Of a stretch of DNA of 64,000 nt, positions 25,017 to 36,100 are shown in pieces. Position 1 is the stretch's first letter. Every line of letters begins with the position of its first letter. The notes beneath the pieces are model-generated. The model saw only the letters and a program-made list of their open reading frames with translations, did no database searches and was not told where the DNA came from. The translations under genes and the position numbers were made by a program. Origin of the DNA: Lytechinus pictus (taxonomy: Eukaryota). The DNA lies in NCBI RefSeq assembly GCF_037042905.1, contig NC_087251.1, positions 18,972,001 to 19,036,000 on the forward strand, in the 5' to 3' direction.

Positions 25017-26066
25017 CGTGCATGGAACGTATTCTAACGTCAGGCACAAATTAACGTCAGTGATCTTGATCCCCGTCTTCACCCAAAAAAAAATTGACAA
25101 GAAAAAAAAAAGATCTTCACGTTCAAAAGAGGGGACATACGTCTTTTTTCGTTGCATTTTGACATTACAAATTATTAATTTGGCTTCTCAAGGGGGGGGC
25201 ACGTCCCCTGGATCAGTTGTGACTCGTCAGGGGGGCAGTCTGCCCCCCCCCCTTTGGTACACTAGTGGTTCCATGCTGATAGCGCGTAGATCAGAGTCTA
25301 AATCTAGAGACTAGACTAGAACTAAGATATTTATTTTAGATCTAGGACTGGTTCTGTATACGGACTAGACATATTAAACCATGGTAAATAAGCTAATATT
25401 GGTCCAAACCTAATCAAACGTGAAGTTCGGAATTAACAAGTTCGAAGTTAACCATGGCATTAGTCGGCTATTCCTATTAGTATTAGGCATTAGACAGGTC
25501 CAGATTTGAGGTAAAGTTAATGCGCTAGCCTAAGCTAGCCCTACCCTAGCACATGTCTTGCCATTAATGGCAGCTAGTTTGATAAGTGTTTAAGAATTGG
25601 ATGTATATATAGATCTAAGCCTATAAGGCCTATGTAACTATGTAAGGGTACCGGTAATTTGACGATGCTAATTCATTCAGAGCAACTAAACGTGAATGCT
25701 TACGATCGGCACTGGTCGAGGCCAAGTCCACGCGCATGCGTACTCTCAATCCGAAGACGCAAGTCATGAATATTCATATGTTGGTCCAGAACTCGGTGGG
25801 AAAAATAATTTCGCTTCCGGGCGGGGGGGGGGGGGGGGTCAATGGAAGTTGACTAGGCCTACTTCATGACCTTGTCAGATGAAAATGTTGATGCTGATGG
25901 CAAAATCAAGAATCTCATAACAAAACAATCTCTCACACACATTCATGCAAATATACATACACACACACACATATTATATATACGGTATATATATATAAAA
26001 TTTCAGTGGACTTCAATACATTTTGTTGGATTATAAAAGCATGAAAGTTTCAACCTTGTTTCTCTG

Positions 26067-26099
<33 letters not shown>

Positions 26100-26257
26100 T
26101 TTCATCGGCGTAATGCGAGCGCGAAACGCGAGCTGATTTTTTTTTAAATGTATATCCTCCCCTCCTCACCTAAAAAGGGTCATTGTAATCACTGTGTGTA
26201 AACTTAATGAAGAGGATTTGTATCTCCATTATCAAAACAGCACATGAGAAACGCTTA

Positions 26258-26532
26258 TGATAATAATAACGGTATATTTACCCAGGGTAGCCACTCACGG
26301 CAGTTCCGAAAACTGTTCTCCCAGCGGACCCTGCTATTATTATTACCGATTCAGGTGCACACAGCTTTTTGAGGAATTATTTCCTGCCGGTACCCATTTA
26401 CCTCACCTGGGTTGAGTGCAGCACAGTGTGGATAAATTTCTTGCTGAAGGAAAACACGCCACGGCTAGGATTCGAACCCACGACCCTCTGTTTGAAAGGC
26501 GAGAGTCAGAACCACTAAACCACGACGCGCCC
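26258..26532 (-). mobile_element. tRNA-derived SINE
   Basis: Minus strand: A box TGGTTTAGTGG, B box GGTTCGAATCC, central ACTCAACCCAGGTGAGGTAAATGGGTACC (resembles conserved SINE core domains), (TTA)n tail. Confidence 0.88.
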
Positions 26533-26599
26533 ACGGCTTTGAACTGTTTGTAAGAATTAATGAAGATCGAGTAATTTATAAAAATGCAAACCCTCAGCT

Positions 26600-26968
26600 A
26601 TATAAAGTTATAACATTTGCATTTGAAAAGGGTATCTTTTTGTAAGGAGTGTTGGAATTCTTGAAGAGAATAGGTATATCCCTAATCAAAACTTGGCACG
26701 AATATTCTTCCCTATTGGTAAAGACATGCAAGATTCATTTTCTAAATGTGTTGGAAACTGCATTACCATGGTAATAGCATGGGACTATTAATCACCTTCA
26801 GTGGTTTTCCTTTTCTGCGACTTTATTCCAGACCTTTGCTTTTTCTCTTCATTTTGTTTGTTTTCCCTTTCTTCATGTGCGCCCCCTCTCCCCTTTTTTG
26901 TGCCCCCCCCCCCTGAAAGTGGCGCCCAGGGCACGTGCGCCTGTTGTTCCCTGCTAGATACGCCACTG
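26600..26968. mobile_element. Partial hAT-like element, same family as 59864-60727 (inverted)
   Basis: TGTTGGAAACTGCATTACCATGGTAA is the reverse complement of ~60051-60076; ends in CTAGATACGCCACTG. Left boundary approximate. Confidence 0.6.
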
Positions 26969-27839
26969 CCCCCCCCTCCCGCTAGGCAATCATATAGGTG
27001 CCTTTAATGCATGTTGAATTATCTTATTTCATAATCACTTGAAAAAGGCAATCAAATACCACTTTTTAATGTGTTCATGGAAAAGAAATCCATAAATATG
27101 TTGTAATACCACTCATTGTTTTGAAAAGAATAAAACGCGACCAGAAAGCATAGAATTTTAAGCACTTTGGGTTTCAATTTAGTTTAACTTCTCATCAGAG
27201 TGGTAGGCCCTACCAAAATTATGTGTAAGGGGGCGTAATTTCTTTACCAGAGGCGGAACAAGCTTTCGCTAATGGGGGGGGGGGGGGATATTGTAAGCAT
27301 TAGTTGCAATTTAACAAATAATTTGATGCGAGTGCAAAGAGCTAGCTTAAAATTCCAACCCAAAACTGAACATTCTAAGCACATTTTTAACCATGAAAAT
27401 GATGGGTGTCAGCTATCTAAACAATTGTGCAAGCGCGCAGCGCCAGCTGAAAAATTGATATTCTGACCTAAAATTTGGACATTCTAGCACTTTTGGTAAT
27501 CATGAATAGGATGGGCACCTATATAATCAATGCAAGTGCAAAGAGCGAATTGAATTTTTTATATTCCGACCCAAAACTGGACATTCTATCTGGATGAGTA
27601 TCTCAACATTTTATGCGAGCGCGAAGCGCGAGCTGAAAATTTTGGATAATTCGACCCAAAGTTGGACATTCTAAGCACTTATCTAACCATTACATGCACA
27701 GGATCGTTACCTTACTAAACAATATTGATGCGAGCGCAAACAGGTGATTTTTTTTCCTATTCTGGCCTAAAATTTGGCCTTTCTAAGCACTTTTTGTAAT
27801 CATGAACAGAATGGGCATCTTACTAAGCGAGCAAACATG

Positions 27840-28165
27840 AGTTTGGTGCCCCCCCCCCCCATCATGCCCATGCGGCTATGAAACATGAATATGGCGCCGC
27901 CGGTCAAGCATCAAATTTGCGCCCCAAAGGTCGAATATGAATTTGGCGCACCTTCCCTAGGTTGAACATGAATTTGGCGCCCCAGGGCAATCATTAAATT
28001 GCATGGCGCCCCAAAGGTCAAATATGAATTAGGCGCCCCCATAATTATGTCACTCAATTCGGCGCCAATTTGGCGCCCCCTAGGTTGAACATCTATTCAG
28101 CGCCCTCTATGTAGAACATTAATTCGGCGCCCATGTCGAAAATCAATGCGGCACCCCCATAATAG
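27840..28165. repeat. GC-rich minisatellite, ~33-35 bp unit (GAACATGAATTTGGCGCCCC...), inside a composite element ~27248-28383
   Basis: Roughly 9 diverged units, each containing GGCGCC. Confidence 0.75.
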
Positions 28166-28669
28166 GTCGGACATCAAGCAGCGTCTTGAAGGGGAAAAGC
28201 AAAAGCAAAAAAAAAAAGAAATAAAGTAAAGATCGAACACAAAGGCAAACTTTTTCATCTAAAACAAAAAGGTTCCTTTATTTCATTATTTTTACTTTTA
28301 TTTTATATTATTTTTTTTTTGAGGGGGGAATCCTACGGGGGACGCGCGCACCCTTAGTCCCCCTCCCCCTAGATCTGCGCCTGGGCTCTAAATTCCGCTG
28401 TTTTATATAGGAGCTAGGGGGAGGGGTGGAACTTGTGCTGGAAGCAATTAAAAGGGCGTTAATTTCGTGATTTTTTTTTCATCTAGGGGGACGAGGCAAC
28501 CCTTTCGATGGGCTCCTGTATAATTCTAAAATCGAAAACCCACCACCGCCCGAATTGTCGCCAATCATTTTTGAGGGGGCAAGGGCAGCAAGCCCGAGGG
28601 CCAGCATACCCGGCAATTTGCAAGGTCATTCATACAATTATAAAGGCCAAAATTAATTAAAACTGATTT

Positions 28670-29469
28670 GGATAGTCTCATGCTCTGTAATAATTTTCTT
28701 GAAATTCATTACCATCATCTTCCTGTTGAGAGTTTTGTCGATTTTGACAGGATTTGCTTGTTTTTGTATTTTTTTCATGTTTTTCCTAAGTTCATGTATT
28801 GGTATTGTATTTGTGTTACAGGAATATCCTGCCACAAGTTTTTTTTTGCTTTTAGGGAATTACGCCTTCTTCTGGTAACAAATCTTTTACACTCTTTTAT
28901 GATGATTTTGTATGCCTTTGTCAATGAAAATGGAAGAAAATAAAAAAATTTAAGGGGACTTATTGATATCATGATTATCCTTGCACGATATCTAGACGGC
29001 CTGTCATTATGTGTTTATCACAGTGTATTTTTATGTTTCGAAATTATTTTGTAGGCAGGCCTGGTAGAAAAGCAAGAGGTGTCTAGATAATCATCCGAGG
29101 CAAAAGTTTGTTTTGTCTTCCATTTAGGCCTATTGCTGAACTTTGGAGATTTGGGGACCGTGGTAAGAGCTGTGTAGACCACTTCAAAAGAGATAGCTGC
29201 CTTTTTCCAATATTCATAACCCTTTACCACGTACTCTCTTTTACAATTCGGAAGTTTGCTTGATCTAAGCAGTATTCTTGTTACTGTTTCAATTTGTTGT
29301 TGAAATTCATTTTGATCACTTTTTGATAACAATTACAAGGGGCCATTTTTAATAAGCCATCGTTTGTGCTTTTTATGATCCCCCACTATACTAATATGTA
29401 TTGAACATTGTATTGATTTGTATATATTGTTGCTTTTTAAAGTGGAAATAAATTGAATTGAATTGAATT
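28670..29469 (+). mobile_element. Degenerate CR1/L2(Crack)-group LINE 3' fragment, probably interrupted
   Basis: Decayed translations LPVESFVDFDRICLFLYFFH, NIHN..TR and SILVT...NS; ends with AATAAA followed by (TTGAA)n at ~29447-29469. Confidence 0.5.
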
Positions 29470-30117
29470 ATGATTTTTAACGAGAATTTAATTAATTTAT
29501 CTATTTTCATTCATTTATTCATTTTGTGTGTGTGTGTGTGTGTGGGGGGGGGGGTTCTAAGGGGCTGTTATGAAAGGTTATACTAGGCTTGTGACCCCCC
29601 CCCCCCTTCCGTGATATTCATGATTGGTTTGGAAACAAAAGCGATTTCCAGGATATCTCACATACCAGTACAACCGTGCTACTGTAGGTGAAGATCAAAG
29701 ATCCTGACACAAATCAAATCATTTCATTTGGAACTTTCCGTCTAAGGTCCCTGGAAATAGGGAAGTATGACTAGTTAATTTTCCTTCCTGAAAACACACC
29801 CTTTACAGCATCTCCGTTACTTTTAATCGCATTTACATTTTTTTGTTCTGGAAATATGATGAAGAATGAGATCCTATAAACTGCATTGCTCGTACACTGA
29901 CGTTGACGTGTACGGCTACTAGTACTACGATAGGCAGGCCGCCTGCTATATCTTAGATATAGCTAGATCTATGTACGTGTATTTCGAAAAGAAAACCCGA
30001 CAGATGTTGATCTGGAAAATGACAGAAATTTAGCAGAAATGTAGCTTCTTTATCGTGAGTCATCGTGTGAAGTAGTTAAGAGAATATCTAAGCTAATTAA
30101 ACTATGTACATTTTTGT

Positions 30118-33100
30118 ATGAAATCGTCTCCCATCATGACAATGCAGCTGTCATTTTGTGTCGCGTTTGCTGCTGCTGTTGTGATCGTGTGTGTCAATCG
30201 GGTGACGGGTTACTTGCCCGTGGATGCATATGACAATGGTCATGTTGGAAAGAAAGGCAGCCCAAGATACGCAGACTATGGTCTCCTTGAAGTTGATGCC
30301 CCTCCATCAAGTTGCACAAGGGAAGCTGACTATGAAATCAGCCAAAATTATATAATAAGAACAAAAGACTCCAAACAAAATGGTGCAAACTTTGTTGCTG
30401 CCTTATCGGTGAGAACATTCGATGTGTGTTTGGAGCAGTGCTGTTTGAAAGAAAACTGTGACACAACCATTTTTGTTGGAGAAGCATACAGGAGCGAGGA
30501 AACAAACTGCTTTCTTTTTGTATGCCGACCGGATGGAAAGTATGGAGATAATCGTTGCTTGTTCACGTATCATCTGGGATATATTAGTAGTATGAAGAAA
30601 GCATTGGGAGGATTCGAAGGATATGCATCGGATCCAATTACAACAGCAATACCTGTTCAACAAATAGAGACAACAACAAAGCCAACACCACCACCTAAAC
30701 AGTTTCCACCAATTGGTAAGGGTAATTTCTTGAATATGTTTTTTTCCAATATTCCCCCTTTTAGTTTTATGCACTTATTTTAACATTCCTTTCTTTAAAT
30801 ATTCTATTTATTTTAACTTAATAAATGTTGTTAATAATGGTCCTGTTCTTAATTTATTTTTCTATTTTATGATAGATCTCTCAACACAATCGCCCCAAAT
30901 GTTAAATTAATGATGCAGCTATTTCATACAAAGGCCTAATTTCAATGCAGTTATTGATACCTGACTGATCAGAACTAGGCCTATATCTTTAAAGGTTACT
31001 TTATTTACAGGTGTAAATGTAGATTGATATACATGTGTATGCATTTGTTTAATGCATTATTTTTCTTTATAAATATTTCACATACTTTTTAGTAAATTTA
31101 GATTTCATGTCTGTCGCTATTTTTTTCTCTATTTCCAATTTTTCCATCAAACGAAATCTAAAAGTCATTCATTTTGCAGTGTTGAATAAGAATTAAAAAA
31201 AACTCTTCCCAAGTTCAAAATTATATTGATTTTTTTTTCTTGTCCTTTCCTCTGGATGATGTCAACAATAATTTGCAATTTGAGTGAAGAACACTCATGG
31301 AAATCACTGCTCTTCAATATCCCATGCAGTGTTTCTTACACTCCATTTTCATTGGGACCAGGTACATGTAACTCCAGACACAAATGTGTCCATTTTAATT
31401 ATAGTATCACATTATAAATCCTGATTCACTGGGAACCCATTATAGTACTTGGCAGGAGTTACAGCAAAAAATAAATAAATAAAAATAACAGGTAGTTTTG
31501 CAGGTGATGAATTTTATTGCCTGCAATGTAAATCATGTGCTTTGCAAGATTACCTTGTAATTAACCTGTACATGTACATTTATTTATGCAATTTAGCAGA
31601 ACCAGATTCAAACTGCCCAGAAGGTTATTTTGAGTGTGATTCTGGTCAGTGTATTAATGAACTGTACATCTGTAATTCTGTGCTGGATTGTGATGATGGT
31701 ACTGATGAATATGGCTGTAATCCACAAGAACCACCTCCAGCAGAAAAGACCAATGCTGATCAAGACATGTTTACAGAAGGTAAAAATTTGCAACAGTTTT
31801 ACGATACGTTTAATGTTTAACAGTCTGGGGCAACAGATAATGTAGACATGTTATGTTCTATGATACATGCAGTATTTTGATCATGCAACACATACAATTT
31901 ACTTTTTTTTTATAGTATGTCAGACTTCATCATTTAGGTGACAAATGAACCCTTTAATGAATTAATACCATAGAACTGGAAACTGAGGTGCAGGTACATT
32001 AAAAATAATTTGTAACACAAAGACTAATATATTTTACCCCCCTTTCATGCAGCATCACTTACATTGTATTATTACATGTAAACACTTAACATGGTGTCAC
32101 GTGCAATTTTTCATTAACTAATTTTTTCATTCATAACCTCACAGACCAGAAACTACCCCAGTCTCATCTTATCCCTCCTACTAATCCACCTAACATACCC
32201 AATAAATATTCTGCTGATGCTGAGCCTGGTCCATCTATCAAAGGAGAAGCTGATCAGACTCTGGCTGACCAGCTGAATGACCAATCACCATCAGAGAATG
32301 TTGCCAAGGGTACGAATACCATGCAAGATCCAAACCAGAGTAATCGAGAGAAGGAACTTTCTGACGTGAAGCTCAGACTGCAGGATGAAAGCAGGGGAAG
32401 ATTGCCACAAGTATTAGATAACCAAGAAGCTGATAAGGATGAGGATCAAGACCAGTTTCCCGAACTTGAGTGCCATGGTACCACATGCTTTGAAATCCAG
32501 CCAGATGGAGGAAAGACTAGGTTTGGGGGTGTTCTTGATGAAGAACAAGATGAAGAGGTAGAAAGAGAAAGGGTGGATGAAGAAGAAAATCTTAAACCCA
32601 GGCCAGAAAACCAACAAAAAAACCCTCTGGACACACACCAAAGAAATCTTGAGAGAGAAGAATACCAGACAGGGGATTTGAGAGACGACGATGAGAACTA
32701 TCAAGGTCCTCAGCGGGCAAAGTTGCTGGATTACAAGGAGGATGCTGCAAAATTCTTGTTTGACAAGAGTACAGGAGAATACAGATTGGATGAGGAAAGC
32801 AACACCAAATATGACGTCATTGGCAAAGGTGATGAAAGAGATGAGCAGAGAGATGATGAGGGAAGAGGTGGCAGATATTTAGATGACAAGCATCTGTCAG
32901 ATGTTGAAGACAGGGATGCCTCTGAGCAGAGAGTGCTGGACTATGATCCAATTGATAGGAAGATAATTAGTGATCATGATGTGGGTATGAAGCATCCAGC
33001 TGATGTCCAATCAACCAGAAATGATGCATATAGAGATGGAGACACTGACAGACAGGATAGACCTCCTCTTCGAGATGGTAACAAGAACCGGGGATTCCCA

Positions 33101-36100
33101 AATAAACCTCTCAAACCTCGTCCACCAACCCAGCCACCTGTAAGGCAAGGCGTCTCGAATTCTGAACCACATCTGGGAGCAGGATATGGCTACAATAGTG
33201 ACTACTACAGCTATTACTATCAGCCTTATGGACAAACCCAAGATCGTTCCAGGTCCCAGCAAGCACAGAATAGCAAATGGCAGGTTGACAGGAGTAGACA
33301 GGACTCGTATGGTGGTAGACACTCACAGGTTGCTTCTAACTACCAGTCAAAGAACAAACCCCACAGAGTACCTGAGACCCAATATGATGACAGAAGCCGA
33401 TATGGAACAAACACCGATGTCTACAGTAATATCAGATACCACAAAGTATCAGACATGACTTCAGATCATAGAAAAAACCAGAGACCGGTTGACGATGTGC
33501 AGACAAGGCCTCGGTACAACAGTGAGTACTCCTTGCTTGCAATACTACATGTATGCATGGATAGTGCATTTTGTGCATTCGTGTTACTCGTCAGTGATCT
33601 TTGTCAACAGTACCATCTGCAAATACTTCCCTTGTCACTGTATTGACCAGTCCTACTTTCCTCAGCAGGCATTCTTGTATCTATCACATGTGCTCAAAAT
33701 AATAAAGTTAGTATATGATTGTTCTGTGTTACATGTACTTGTAGTTAATCTTCTTTAATTCTTCCTGTCACACCATGAATGATTTAGCCAGCGCATGCTG
33801 ATGTATGTATGGTAAGCCGGTTTATCACTTATCCTGTTTCTTGTTATCAACAATTATGTTTATATCAAGAAAATGAACAATAAAACATTTTGAAGTGTTA
33901 ACAAATGTCAATTTTAATATTAAAAATTAGGATTACTGTATGTAAATGATAAAACGTATTAACATACTGTACGTATTTAAGTCAATATATGCTGGCTAAA
34001 TTATTCAGGTGTGATGTCCAGCTTTAAAAAATAAATAGACCAAAAGTTTAAGAAAAATTATTGAAATTTATATTGATTTTTAAGGGATTCATAACTCTAA
34101 AGGTAGGGTATTCATTAATTTAAGCCGTAATGTTAAACCATTCATAAGACTGCTAAGAGCAATATCTGGGCTCAAAATTCCAGCTTAATTTCCATCCAAA
34201 CTCGATGATTCCAAAAACTGACTAGGTTGGGATCAATTGATGAATAATAATGCCACATTTTTTTAGAGCGCATATGATCCACCAATCAATGAATTATCAT
34301 TCAGTCACTAAACACAAAATATGAGATCTTATGTTTAAAGGGGAAGTTCACCCTGACAAAATGTTCATTGTAAAAATAGCAGAAAAAATATATATTGGCG
34401 AAGGTTTGAGAAAAATCAATCAAAGAATATTAAATACATGTATACATGTATGTGAGCAGCTTTCCTACATATTGTATGGTAAACAATCAATGGAATGTCA
34501 TTTCCTCAGAAAATTGAAAATGGTTTTTAGTGTACCCTTAGTACATATCAAATTAGACAAATCGTTTTACACCCGTTCCTAAAAAGAAAACAAAAAAATT
34601 ATCATGAACCATTAAAAAATTGAAATTCATGCATTTATATTACGTAACATGGGGCAGCTGCTCTTCTATGACGTCACAAATCCAAAACTTAAAATTCTGA
34701 TATCTTTCTTAATCTTTAATGGATTTTCCTCAAACCTTCACCAATATTTTTTAGAATTTTTTCTGCTATTTTTACAACAAACTTTTCTCAAGGTGAACTT
34801 CCCCTTTAAATCATTTCCGATTTGCATACTGGCATATTTGAATCGCATATTCAAATTTCATTTTCATAATGATATTAGAATATATACAAAAATTTGCAAG
34901 CAGAATTCTATTTAGAATTCTACATTACAGACATTAAATTTCAATCAGAACAATATGTACATGTGTATTTTGGGACAAAGCAGGTATTGCATTGATTTTT
35001 GTAGGTATCAGTTATTAATTGTATTGCTATTTTTCACTGGTTAAAAGTGATTAAAATTGCTCATTAATGGCGATTCTAAGTTGCATTCATCATCTTAGTG
35101 ACTCAGTCCCTCAAAGTAATCATGCTCTTGGGAATGTATACATTGTCCCTCAAAGTAATCATGCTCTTGGGAATGTACATGTATACATTGTCCCTCAAAG
35201 TAATCATGCTCTTGGGAATATACTCCATTGTACATGTAAGTAGCTGATGTTGCTACACTGTACAGAAGGAGCAATTAAGTTTCTGTATCATTGCAGTATT
35301 CTTAATAGAGTTACCATTATTTTGTTTATCATTTTTTATTATTATAGGGTGGCCACTTTTAAGATAAAAGTAGGAATTATTCTACTTGTAGTTTTCAACA
35401 TATTTTAGCCACATATATGTACAATGTCATTACATATACAAATAGTGTACTATTGCAAGGACTCATGCTAGATGTTTTCTTTTTCTATCAAGTCTTTGTG
35501 CAAGTTGGTGGCCTCCATGGTTATTGCTTTGCAGTATTCTCATTGACAATGAATTGATATTAACCAAGAGTGGTTATACCCGATTACCCATATTTGTTTC
35601 TGTACATAAAAAATAAGTTATTTCTGTATGATGTGTTGCTTGCTTTCTCTGTTATTCATGCATTTGATTCACTTGTACGTATGTAAATGTAGTATTAGAA
35701 TACTTTCAGTGTATTTCTAGCAGATTGTGAAGTAGTTGTAGAACTTCACGCTACTTTTTCTAACCTAAGAAGTGGTGCTCCGTTGAAAAAGACAAATGAA
35801 GGAAGTTTCAGTTTGTACACACATGTAACACGCCAGGACTCAGGAGTACAGTACATGTGTCAATTTCTGATATTGTAGTCTTAATTGTATGATGTCTCAT
35901 AGACATGTACAATTACAACTTACTGATATTGCGTTACTTTTATAACTAAAAATTTGCATGTAATTATTCAGTTCACAAAGAGATACATATATTTACATGT
36001 ATATTTCAGTGGAGGGTGACACGTCATTTGCTCCTGTGACATTTGCTCTGGTCTTTATATCTCAGAGGGCATAGGGTGAGAGTTAAGAGTGTAATATAGT

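Larger units (their letters stand above)
23509..25814. mobile_element. Foldback / Mutator-like non-autonomous element with very long inverted arms and 9-bp TSD TTCCGGGCG
   Basis: 23509-~23900 is the reverse complement of ~25420-25814, and ~24545-24875 of ~25085-25400; TTCCGGGCG at 23500-23508 and 25815-25823; no transposase ORF. Confidence 0.92.

Noticed and set aside
26460-26532. tRNA-Glu(TTC)-like gene on the minus strand
   Set aside because: It continues into a SINE body and (TTA)n tail and lacks a clean acceptor stem and terminator; it is a SINE head.
27840-28165. Regularly spaced ~20-bp motif resembling a CRISPR array
   Set aside because: Units are degenerate, spacers are short and related to each other, there are no cas genes and the context is eukaryotic; it is a minisatellite.
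32414-33458. Antisense and alternate-frame ORFs overlapping the large LRP11 exon
   Set aside because: Shadows of a compositionally biased coding exon with no independent support.
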